A stretch of DNA of 64,000 nt from Candidatus Hydrogenedentota bacterium (GTDB lineage: Bacteria; Hydrogenedentota; Hydrogenedentia; Hydrogenedentales; SLHB01): assembly GCA_034408725.1 (NCBI GenBank), contig JAWXCN010000032.1, positions 13,517-77,516 of the forward strand, read 5' to 3'. The notes beneath the pieces were generated by a model. That model saw only the letters and a list, made by a program, of their open reading frames with translations. It was not told the origin of the DNA and did no database searches. The position numbers and the translations under genes are program-made. Positions 35,186 through 43,473 of the stretch are shown here, piece after piece. Within the stretch, counting starts at the first letter, position 1. Each line of letters starts with the position of its first letter.

Positions 35186-35447
35186 CCGCTCTCCTATGAT
35201 AATGAAATTCCGCTGACGCGATACGCCCCCGAGCACCTTGGGGAAATGCGTTCATCCCCGAAGACGAGCGCAGCCACCGTTGTCACGGGCCAATTCTAGC
35301 CGTCCATGCCGGGACGGTTCAACAAATACCCTACGGTATCGCCTGAAATTGCCGGTGTTCCGGCGCGCGCGGGAAAGTGAGTTGATTTGACAAAAGCGGA
35401 TATGATTGCGCGAACGCGGGATACAACTAAGATTCGAGGGGTAAAAT

Positions 35448-36359
35448 ATGCGAATGCAGGCAGCGGTGATTTGTGCGGCCCTTTGTCTGGCTGGTGCGGC
35501 AAATGGAGAGGACGACATTTTTGATCGTGTCAAACACGGGTACGCGGAAAACCAGGGAGTGAAAGTTCATTACGCGTCGCTGGGTGAAGGCCCGCTCGTA
35601 ATTATGATCCACGGATTCCCCGACTTCTGGTATTCGTGGCGGAGCCAAATGGCCGCGCTTTCCGACCAGTTTACGCGCGTCGCAATGGACCTTCGCGGAT
35701 ACAACCTCAGCGATAAGCCTGCGGGCAATGAGAATTACGCGATGCCGCATATCCTCGGCGACGTGGCCGCGGTGATCAAGGCCAACGGCGCGGAAAAGGC
35801 GACAGTCGTCGGCCACGATTGGGGCGGGGCGATTGCGTGGCAATTCGCAATGCACATGCCGCAGATGGTCGAGCGCTTGGTGATTTGCAATCTGCCGCAC
35901 CCTCGCGGGTTCATGCGCGAGATGGCCAACAACCCGGAGCAGCAGAAGAACAGCGCGTACGCCCGCGGGTTTCAAAAGGAAGGCGCGGAAAAGGGATTGA
36001 GCGCGGAAGGCCTGGCGGGATTCGTCGCCAAGGGAGATCCAGCGGTGACGGCGCGATACGTAGAGGCGTTCAAACAGTCCGACTTCACGGCGATGCTCGC
36101 TTACTACAAGGTCAACTATCCGCGCGAACCGTATCAGGAAGATTCGGGGCCGGTGATTCGCATCGCTGTTCCGGTGCTCGTGTTTCACGGGTTGAAAGAC
36201 ACCGCGCTCGGCGCGAAGGCATTGAACGATACGTGGGATTGGCTCGACGCAGACCTTACGCTGGTAACCGTGCCGAATGCCAACCATTGGGTACATCACG
36301 ACGCGCCGGAGCTGGTGTCGAAGACAATGAAATTCTGGTTGGCGCGGGACGCGAAGTAA
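35448..36359 (+). CDS. Secreted alpha/beta hydrolase (epoxide-hydrolase-like)
   Basis: Signal peptide [31 protein letters not shown] and the nucleophile elbow [12 protein letters not shown]. Confidence 0.82.
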   Translation: MRMQAAVICAALCLAGAANGEDDIFDRVKHGYAENQGVKVHYASLGEGPLVIMIHGFPDFWYSWRSQMAALSDQFTRVAMDLRGYNLSDKPAGNENYAMPHILGDVAAVIKANGAEKATVVGHDWGGAIAWQFAMHMPQMVERLVICNLPHPRGFMREMANNPEQQKNSAYARGFQKEGAEKGLSAEGLAGFVAKGDPAVTARYVEAFKQSDFTAMLAYYKVNYPREPYQEDSGPVIRIAVPVLVFHGLKDTALGAKALNDTWDWLDADLTLVTVPNANHWVHHDAPELVSKTMKFWLARDAK

Positions 36360-36383
36360 CTCGAATCGAGGAATAGAAAAACG

Positions 36384-38072
36384 GTGGCAACGGCCATGAT
36401 GTCCGCGTTACTACCGATGTCCGCGCTGTTGCGGCGGGAGCTTTTGCGGCACGTGCGCCGCGTGCGGGTGTTTCTCGCGGTTGCGGCGTTGCTGTGCATC
36501 TGCGGGTGGGTCATCTGGTCGTATTGGCCTGATGCACCTATCCCAGTACTGGAGGTCGCCGCCGAGCGAGGTGGTCTGACGACAACGTTGTTGGCCGTGC
36601 TTCTGGCGGCATCGTTTGTGATTGTCCCTGGCTACGCGGCGATGGCCATTCGCGCTGAGCGCGACAACGACACGTATGAGTTGATGCGGCTCACCCTGTT
36701 GACGCCGCTTTCGATTCTGCTCGGCACGCTGCTCAATATCACCGGAATGTTTGCGATAGGACTTGTCGCCGCGCTCCCGTTTTTGTATACGACGCATTGG
36801 ATGGGCGGGTTGCCGTGGCACTATCTGCCGATCAGGCTTGGGATCATACTTTCGTCCACGGTGACCGCGGCTTCGATAGGTGTACTGGCGTCCACGCAAC
36901 GCCAGAAGACCTCAGACGCCGTCGGTTCAGCCTTCATTTACACGATGTTGCTGCAACTTGGCGTATTAACTCTGCCGCTGCGCCTCATCGCGCTCCTTGT
37001 TGACGAATATACGCAGTTGCAAGGTGTGGCAGATGCCCTCAGAACAACCGCGTTGCACAGCTCACCGATATGGGCGATTGGAATGCGCACTGGGTTGGGG
37101 TCGTCGTTGATTTGCATTGCATCACAAGTTGTGTTTTCGGCCGTGATCCTGTTCATTGCCTGGAAGCGGCTGGGGGATTTTGAGTTCAAGACTGCCAAAA
37201 ATAAATCGGTACAGTCTTGGTTCGCGCCTTCCGAACTGCGTGCGAAGTATCGCCGCGCGCACACATATCCTGATGGGAAGAATCCGGTGTTTGTGCGCGA
37301 ATTCCACGACGCGATGCAACGGGCACAAGTTGACGTGACCAGTAGCTTGTTCGCCGTCTTGTTTACCGCATCAGCATTTGTCGTTGCTTTTGTGCGTATG
37401 TGGGTTCTGGCGAAGTCAAAATCGGGCCCCTATGGTCTTGACGAACTGACATATTATTTCATGGGATGTATTTTTCTCGGCGGGATACTGATTCCCGGGT
37501 TGAGCACGCCTACGTGGATCAGCGAGCGCAACACGGAAGCGGAAGAATCGCTTGAGATGAGCCTGCTCACGAGGCGGGAGCGGTTTTGGGGTAGGGCCAG
37601 CGCGGCGGCGGCGCTCCCGGTGATCGTCATCACATGCTGTCTCGTTGGCGCATCGCCCGTGTTGATGGCGGTGCCGCGTATCCCCGGCGGATATGTCGGC
37701 GCGTTGGCAGGGTATTTCGCCGTTGTCGCGACGGTGGTGGTGTTGCTGGCGGTGGGCCGCGTGATCGCGCGACTCCCGATCAGTGCGGTATCCGCGGTTG
37801 CGCTCGCGTATGTTGTGTCCATCGCCTACATGGGATTGCCGGTATTGGCCGCGGGATGGTCGCAAGAGAACTCCCGCGATGTGATGGGGAACTTTGTCGC
37901 GAGCATTAGTCCGATTACGGGATTCTTGCGGGTTCTTCAGTCTCGCGCGATGGGAGTTTGGTACGACGGGCCGGTTTTCAAATGTGCCGTGTTCATAATG
38001 GTGCAATCTGTGATTACGGCGGCGCTGTTGTGGACAGATTTGAAGGCTGAGCGAAAACTTCGGAATCGATAG
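36384..38072 (+). CDS. Polytopic membrane protein, ABC-2-type permease-like (no ATPase gene adjacent)
   Basis: 562 aa with at least 10 hydrophobic helices. The N-terminus LLRRELLRHVRRVRVFLAVAALL resembles ABC-2 permeases. The family call is tentative. Confidence 0.45.
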   Translation: MATAMMSALLPMSALLRRELLRHVRRVRVFLAVAALLCICGWVIWSYWPDAPIPVLEVAAERGGLTTTLLAVLLAASFVIVPGYAAMAIRAERDNDTYELMRLTLLTPLSILLGTLLNITGMFAIGLVAALPFLYTTHWMGGLPWHYLPIRLGIILSSTVTAASIGVLASTQRQKTSDAVGSAFIYTMLLQLGVLTLPLRLIALLVDEYTQLQGVADALRTTALHSSPIWAIGMRTGLGSSLICIASQVVFSAVILFIAWKRLGDFEFKTAKNKSVQSWFAPSELRAKYRRAHTYPDGKNPVFVREFHDAMQRAQVDVTSSLFAVLFTASAFVVAFVRMWVLAKSKSGPYGLDELTYYFMGCIFLGGILIPGLSTPTWISERNTEAEESLEMSLLTRRERFWGRASAAAALPVIVITCCLVGASPVLMAVPRIPGGYVGALAGYFAVVATVVVLLAVGRVIARLPISAVSAVALAYVVSIAYMGLPVLAAGWSQENSRDVMGNFVASISPITGFLRVLQSRAMGVWYDGPVFKCAVFIMVQSVITAALLWTDLKAERKLRNR

Positions 38073-38124
38073 GGAGGGCGCGCGTCCCCGCGCGCCTTGG
38101 TTGAAAAAGACCGTGCCGACACGC

Positions 38125-38148
38125 GTCCACGTTGTCCACAACGTCCAC
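38125..38148 (-). repeat. Period-9 array (GTGGACNNN) x3, reverse orientation
   Basis: GTCCAC on the plus strand at 38125, 38134 and 38143. This is the same unit and phase as 4400-4435. Confidence 0.7.
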
Positions 38149-38260
38149 TCATACGCGCGCTTTGGGTTGGAAATGACTACTACATCATGAGCGCACGAGG
38201 ACGCGTGCCCTCCCGTGTGTGATAAAGTTCTCTTGGTGCAAAAAAACGGAGGTGCCTTAT

Positions 38261-38860
38261 ATGTCTTCGCAACCTTCACGAATCAGCGGTATGGCGATCG
38301 CGAGTTTTGTGCTCGCGCTTCTGTTTTGTCCATTTTTATTGCTGGCTTCCGTACCGGCGATTATTCTTGGGCATGTTGCGCACTCGAAAATTCGGGCATC
38401 GAACGGTCAATTGCGCGGCTCGGGATTGGCTATTGCGGGGTTCACAATTGGTTATCTGGGTATCGCGTTCACTATTTTTATTTTGCCCGCGATCATGTTG
38501 CCGGCGCTAGCGCGTGCGCGTGAAGCGGCGCGGGCCTCGAGTTGCCAGAACAATTTGAAGCAAATCGGCATTTGCAACGCGATGTATGCAGGGGAACATG
38601 GGGGCGCGTTTCCCGCGAACTTGCAGGCGCTATATCCCGAATATATGAGCGAACTCAGCGTGTTTGTGTGTCCATCTGACATTACGGAGATTGGCGATTC
38701 GGCGAGCATCAATGCGTGGACCAGTTATGAATATATTCCGGGCGCGACAGAGGAAAGCGGCGCAACGGTGGCGGTGTGCCGTGACAACGACCATATACAT
38801 CTGCGGGGGATGCGCAATGTGCTGTACGCGGACGGTCATGTTGAGCGGACGACGGAGTAG
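38261..38860 (+). CDS. DUF4190-like N-terminal membrane domain + DUF1559 pseudopilin-like protein
   Basis: Lies within ORF 38219..38860. The ATG at 38261 is 8 nt after [22 protein letters not shown]...[10 protein letters not shown] is DUF4190-like. It is followed by [27 protein letters not shown] and C-terminal [10 protein letters not shown]. Confidence 0.72.
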   Translation: MSSQPSRISGMAIASFVLALLFCPFLLLASVPAIILGHVAHSKIRASNGQLRGSGLAIAGFTIGYLGIAFTIFILPAIMLPALARAREAARASSCQNNLKQIGICNAMYAGEHGGAFPANLQALYPEYMSELSVFVCPSDITEIGDSASINAWTSYEYIPGATEESGATVAVCRDNDHIHLRGMRNVLYADGHVERTTE

Positions 38861-38885
38861 CAAGAGAAGATGATTACGAATACAT

Positions 38886-38937
38886 CGTTGTGGCCGGTCT
38901 CCCGACCGCGCCACTGCAGCAGACCGAAGGTCTCCAA
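38886..38937 (-). repeat. Double-hairpin intergenic element, copy C
   Basis: The reverse complement reads TTGGAGACCTTCGGTCTGCTGCAGTGGCGCGGTCGGGAGACCGGCCACAACG. Confidence 0.8.
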
Positions 38938-38953
38938 CTTATTCGATTAATTT

Positions 38954-38989
38954 CGTGCTCGTGCTCCTGCTCGTCAACGTAATCGTCAC
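38954..38989 (+). repeat. Degenerate hexamer tract (CGTGCT/CGTAAT type)
   Basis: CGTGCTCGTGCTCCTGCTCGTCAACGTAATCGTCAC, with CGT at a 6-nt period. Confidence 0.7.
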
Positions 38990-39062
38990 TCGCTAATCAT
39001 TCGTTCGCACTGCTTCGCTTTACTGATGTGTCGACGAAGTTTCAATAAAAAGAATTCAAGCC

Positions 39063-39099
39063 ACGATTACGATGACGAGCACGAGTACGAACACGACGA
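39063..39099 (+). repeat. Degenerate ACGANN hexamer tract, left arm of inverted-repeat locus D
   Basis: ACGATTACGATGACGAGCACGAGTACGAACACGACGA, with ACGA every 6 nt. The reverse complement of 39211-39236 matches it apart from one extra hexamer unit. Confidence 0.8.
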
Positions 39100-39145
39100 A
39101 AAAGTCCGATTAGGATTGCGAGGACTCCGCTGTGGCCGGTTACTG

Positions 39146-39196
39146 CGTTGTGGCCGGTCTCCCGACCGCGCCACGACCCCGACTGAAGGTCTCCAA
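39146..39196 (-). repeat. Double-hairpin intergenic element, copy D
   Basis: The reverse complement reads TTGGAGACCTTCAGTCGGGGTCGTGGCGCGGTCGGGAGACCGGCCACAACG. It lies about 50 nt downstream of the DUF1080 gene stop, in sense orientation. Confidence 0.8.
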
Positions 39197-39210
39197 CTAT
39201 CCAATTTACT

Positions 39211-39237
39211 TCGTGCTCGTCATCGTCATCGTAATCC
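39211..39237 (+). repeat. Hexamer tract, right arm of inverted-repeat locus D
   Basis: TCGTGCTCGTCATCGTCATCGTAATCC. Confidence 0.8.
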
Positions 39238-39247
39238 TAGCTCGAAC

Positions 39248-39982
39248 TTACCTGGGCCTGATCACAACATTCCGATACCAAACCTCACCGCCATGATCCT
39301 GCAACGCAATATTTCCTTCCAATGGTAGATCGTTATACGCAATCGGAAATTTTCCCACCGGCGTCGTCAATTTACTGAAATCCGTGTCGATCACCTTCCA
39401 CCCGTTCATATTCACCGACACATTTTTCCCCACGACAGAAATATCAAACGAATTCCATTCCCCTGCGGGCCGGGAGAGGTTGTACATCGGCGTGACAACG
39501 TCGTAGATCGCGCCCGCGCCGTTTTTCGTAGGGGGCTTTCCATAATCATCGAGCACCTGCACTTCGAAGCCGCGGTTGACCGCGTCGTTGGGATCGGTTC
39601 GGAGGAACACGCCGCTGTTCGCGCCGCGCGCGACCTTGTATTCCAGATGTAGATCGAAATCGGAAAAGGTCTGGCCGGTGTAGGTGACGTATCGCAACGG
39701 GTAGACTGTGCGGCCGTAGACGTGGAGCATGCCGTCTTCGATCACGAAAATGTCATGGTCGTCGCCGACATTTTTCCAGTCGGGCGCGTTGTCAGTGGAC
39801 AGAAGGTCGAGCCAACCCTCGCCCTCTGGCCGGGAAGTGGGGGAGCCAATGGGCACGGGATTGCGATCGAGCAGGCCACCAAAATATGGACGCGAAAGAC
39901 AGCCTGCTGCAAAGGCACACGCTACCAATAGCATGTAACGAATCACTGCCCACGTGCGGGTTTTGCTTGAAGCGTCGGTCAT
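39248..39982 (-). CDS. DUF1080 domain protein (3-keto-disaccharide hydrolase family), probable lipoprotein
   Basis: Lies within ORF 39248..40012, with the ATG at 39982. The lipobox-like sequence is LLVACAFAAGC. Motifs are SGVFLRT, FEVQVLDDYG, GAIYDVV and GNIALQDHGGEVWYRNVVIRP. Confidence 0.82.
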   Translation of the reverse strand: MTDASSKTRTWAVIRYMLLVACAFAAGCLSRPYFGGLLDRNPVPIGSPTSRPEGEGWLDLLSTDNAPDWKNVGDDHDIFVIEDGMLHVYGRTVYPLRYVTYTGQTFSDFDLHLEYKVARGANSGVFLRTDPNDAVNRGFEVQVLDDYGKPPTKNGAGAIYDVVTPMYNLSRPAGEWNSFDISVVGKNVSVNMNGWKVIDTDFSKLTTPVGKFPIAYNDLPLEGNIALQDHGGEVWYRNVVIRPR

Positions 39983-40104
39983 CTGTTCCATCTCCATCGT
40001 CACCGGAAGCATGACTGAGAAGTGGATCGCATGGCAACAGGGGCGGTGGACGCATCGTTTCGGTTACGATGGATTGAATTCCCGGCGTTCAGGGCGAAGC
40101 CATA

Positions 40105-41372
40105 TTGGAGGAACATATATTGTCGTATCGACCTGTATTGCGTACCGCCAGGACGACTATATTCTTATGCGGACTATTGGTTGCCGCATGCGACTATACG
40201 TCGCCTTCGAGCTCTGATGTTGCGGGAGAGGATGATCTGCCAGTCAGTTTGGAAGAACTGAGTTCCTGGTACTCCGCGGTTCCTGAAGCGGAGAATGCCG
40301 CGCTATTGCTGATTCGCGCTGGCGACTCACATCGCGATCCGGATGCCGCGTCGAAGCCGGGTCTCCCATTGGCAGGCGATGCGAAACTTCCGCCTCCGGG
40401 CATGCCATTAACCAATGATATGCGGGCCGCGATTGGTCAATACCTTGTGAGTAACGATATTGCGCTTGGGACAATCGCGCGCGCTGCCAAGCTGGACAAA
40501 AGCAGATTTCCTATTGATCTGACAAAGGGTATGGACACGGATTTGGCTCATCTCGCTTCTTGCAGGACCTTGGTTCGATTGCAATGCCTGAGTGCCGTCG
40601 CCAAGGCCAATTCCGGGGATGCGGCCGCGGCCCATTCTCGGTTGCGAGACGTTTTAGTAACCAGTAACGCGCTGCGTTATGAACCGCTCTTGATTTCGCA
40701 ATTGGTCCGTATTACATGTCATTTGATAGCGGCGGAGTCAATCGAGTACAGCGCTGACCGCGTGGATTTTACGGAGGCGCAGTTGGCGGAACTCCAGAAG
40801 TTGGCCGGAGAATGGGAGGACCCAGAATTGCTTTACCGCGCATACGTTGGCGAACGGTGCTTATCGGTTTCGTGGCTGAGCGACCCAGCCAACGCAGAAA
40901 GGGATGATGGGCCCAATGTTCAGTTACCGCCGGAGATGTATTCAAAACGCGGTGTTGACGCAGTCATAAAGCATTATCAAATGTTGTTCTCTGCATCGAA
41001 GCTCCCTTCGCGCGAGCGTCGAGAGGAACTGTCCATATTGGCCGATGCAGGGCCGGAACCCAGAAGTGACAGCTTTGATGATTTAACTGCCGCGAGTCTA
41101 AGTCCCATAGCGGCTGTCCACCAGGCACACGACGCGGATACCGCCACCTCGCGCACAAGAAGTATCCGGATTCATTGACAGAACTTGTCCCAACCTACAT
41201 AACCGCGGTGCCCGAAGATCCTTTTACCGAGCGGCCTCTGCTCTATAAACGCGATGGCGTGAACGCAGCGGTCTACAGCATTGGTCGTGATATGAACGAC
41301 GATCAGGGGCGGCCGCCGGTTGAGGGCAGCACACCGCCGGATGGGGATATCGTTTTCCGCTGTTTGAATTAA
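40105..41372 (+). pseudogene. Frameshifted paralog of the 41400..42710 gene (or assembly error)
   Basis: ORF 40105..41178 (frame 1) and ORF 41175..41372 (frame 3) together align with the neighbouring 436-aa protein. At the N-terminus LEELSSWYSAVPEAENAALLLIRA aligns with LAELDAWYPSVPEERNAALLVLRA. At the C-terminus YPDSLTELVPTYITAVPEDPFT...YSIGRDMNDD...DIVFR aligns with LPKTLDALAPSYLESVPLDPFD...YSVGVNELDE...DIVLR. The frame switch is needed near 41120-41140. Confidence 0.55.
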
Positions 41373-41399
41373 ATCCGGCAACCGCAAACGGAGTGGCGT

Positions 41400-42710
41400 A
41401 TGTCCGAGCAGCACCGATCGGGATGGGGGCGCCTGATCTTCAGGGTTATCGTCGTCGCTTGCTTTCTGCTGCTCGGTGCCTTCATATGGTTCACCTTTAG
41501 AGGTAGCGAAATTGAGGAGGTGATTCGCGCTAAAGGCGAGCCTGTCACCCTGGCGGAACTCGACGCGTGGTATCCGTCGGTGCCGGAAGAACGCAATGCC
41601 GCGCTGCTCGTACTGCGCGCCATCGGTTATGTACAAGAACCACCTGTCCATCCCCCGATCTATGAGTGGTTGGGTAAAAAGGGTCCCATACCGGACGACG
41701 TAAAATCGGCCATGTCAGAATTCCTCACGGCGAACAAGAAAAGTCTCGACCTTATCGAGCAGGCATCGGCGTTTCCGGAAAGTCGATACCCTATCTCCGC
41801 GACCACCACTTTCGGTGGCCCTATGGCTCATCTTTCAGGTCTCCGCAAGCTGAGCCGACTTCAGCATCTAGACGTCTATTTCCGGGTCCATACAGAGGAT
41901 TTGGTTGGCGCGACTGATTCGGCCATTAATTTTATGAAGTTGACGGAAACCCTCAGGAACGAACCCTTCATGCTTTCGCAGTTCACGCGAATTGGTTGCC
42001 GTCAGGTGGTTCATGGCGGCATTGACGATTTAATTCAGGGCGGGCCATTGGCGGAAAAGCAATTGAGCGCGCTTAATGATCAGCTTTGTTCGATGGAAAA
42101 CTCTGACGCCATGTACAGGGCGATGGTGGGAGAACGTTGCTACTTGATGAATATTCCTGTTTCCTATCAAGAAGGCGGGATAAAGGGCGTGCTGCTATCG
42201 AACTTTAGAGGTCCCAGCGCAAGGCTTTGCACTTTGGCCGTTGATGCAAGCCGCCTGTCCGGCGTTGAACGCAGAGAGCAGATAGTACAGTTAGAGAGCG
42301 AATTCTCCGTTCCGGGCTCTTCAGAAATGCGGTTGTCACTAAATCCGCTATCTCTGATTCTATTCCCTGCTTGGGAATCAGTCGCAGAGGTTTTTGATGT
42401 TGAAACGGCGCAACTGCGCGTGCTTATCGCAGTGGTTGCAATCGAACGCTATCGCGTGGCTAACGGCAATCTACCCAAGACGCTTGATGCGTTGGCGCCA
42501 AGTTACCTTGAATCGGTGCCCCTTGATCCGTTCGACGACAAGCAGATTCGATATGTGCAGTCCGAAGTCGGGTATGTAGTCTATAGCGTCGGCGTGAATG
42601 AATTGGACGAGAAGGGCAGTCAGGCATCGGACAACAGTCAGGCATCGGACAACAGTCAGGCATCGGACAACTTGTATGGCAACGATATTGTTCTGAGGGT
42701 AGCGCGGTAA
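41400..42710 (+). CDS. Membrane-anchored protein of unknown function (intact paralog)
   Basis: 436 aa with the N-terminal TM helix LIFRVIVVACFLLLGAFIWF. It carries the (SQASDN)x3 repeat near the C-terminus. No catalytic motif recognised. Confidence 0.65.
   Translation: MSEQHRSGWGRLIFRVIVVACFLLLGAFIWFTFRGSEIEEVIRAKGEPVTLAELDAWYPSVPEERNAALLVLRAIGYVQEPPVHPPIYEWLGKKGPIPDDVKSAMSEFLTANKKSLDLIEQASAFPESRYPISATTTFGGPMAHLSGLRKLSRLQHLDVYFRVHTEDLVGATDSAINFMKLTETLRNEPFMLSQFTRIGCRQVVHGGIDDLIQGGPLAEKQLSALNDQLCSMENSDAMYRAMVGERCYLMNIPVSYQEGGIKGVLLSNFRGPSARLCTLAVDASRLSGVERREQIVQLESEFSVPGSSEMRLSLNPLSLILFPAWESVAEVFDVETAQLRVLIAVVAIERYRVANGNLPKTLDALAPSYLESVPLDPFDDKQIRYVQSEVGYVVYSVGVNELDEKGSQASDNSQASDNSQASDNLYGNDIVLRVAR
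42618..42671 (+). repeat. Perfect 18-bp x3 in-frame tandem repeat (SQASDN)3
   Basis: AGTCAGGCATCGGACAAC is repeated exactly three times (42618-42635, 42636-42653, 42654-42671). Confidence 0.95.
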
Positions 42711-42712
42711 TT

Positions 42713-42776
<64 letters not shown>

Positions 42777-42841
42777 GGGGAAACGATTGGGTCCCTTGGC
42801 GGAATTTGACAACCCGTCTTACTGAACCCACAATCGCGGGC

Positions 42842-43339
42842 ATGCTTGACGACAATTCACGATACATGCAGTACGCGATCCGCGAGGCGATGCGGGCGGA
42901 GGAGGAGGGTGAGGTCCCTATCGGCTGCGTGATCATTCACAACGGCGAAATCATTGGCAAAGCGCACAACCAGCGGGAGCGCTTGCAGGACCCGACTGCG
43001 CACGCGGAAGTGCTCGCGATCACGCAGGCGGCAAACCACCTCGGCAGTTGGCGGCTGGAGAATACAAAACTTTTTGTGACGCTGGAGCCGTGTCCGATGT
43101 GCGCGGGCGCGATTATTCTGTCGAGGATCGCGGAAGTATATTTCGGGGCGTATGATCCGAAGGCGGGGGCGTGCGGCACGTTGATGAATTTGCTGGAAGA
43201 CAAACGGTTCAATCACCAGCCGGTGGTCAAGCCGGGGTTGTGCGCGGACGAGTGCGGCGCGTTGCTGACAAATTTTTTCCGGCGGATTCGCGGGCAGGCG
43301 GTGCTTGGCGCGGATGATGTGTTTAAGAGAGATAATTAA
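42842..43339 (+). CDS. tadA: tRNA adenosine(34) deaminase
   Basis: Lies within ORF 42806..43339 (TTG), with the first ATG at 42842. Zinc motifs are HAEVLAI and PCPMCAGA. GAYDPKAGACGT is also present. Confidence 0.92.
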   Translation: MLDDNSRYMQYAIREAMRAEEEGEVPIGCVIIHNGEIIGKAHNQRERLQDPTAHAEVLAITQAANHLGSWRLENTKLFVTLEPCPMCAGAIILSRIAEVYFGAYDPKAGACGTLMNLLEDKRFNHQPVVKPGLCADECGALLTNFFRRIRGQAVLGADDVFKRDN

Positions 43340-43399
43340 GAAGCCATAGCCGCACAAAAAAACGCAATACGCGCAAAAGAAATTTTGAGTAATCTATTA

Positions 43400-43444
43400 A
43401 CGAGTACGATGACGAGCAAGAGCACGACAAGAACCGATCACGAG
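43400..43444 (+). repeat. Degenerate ACGANN hexamer tract
   Basis: ACGAGTACGATGACGAGCAAGAGCACGACAAGAACCGATCACGAG. Confidence 0.7.
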
Positions 43445-43473
43445 TCGGGAAAACTCTATGGCTAGTATTAACT

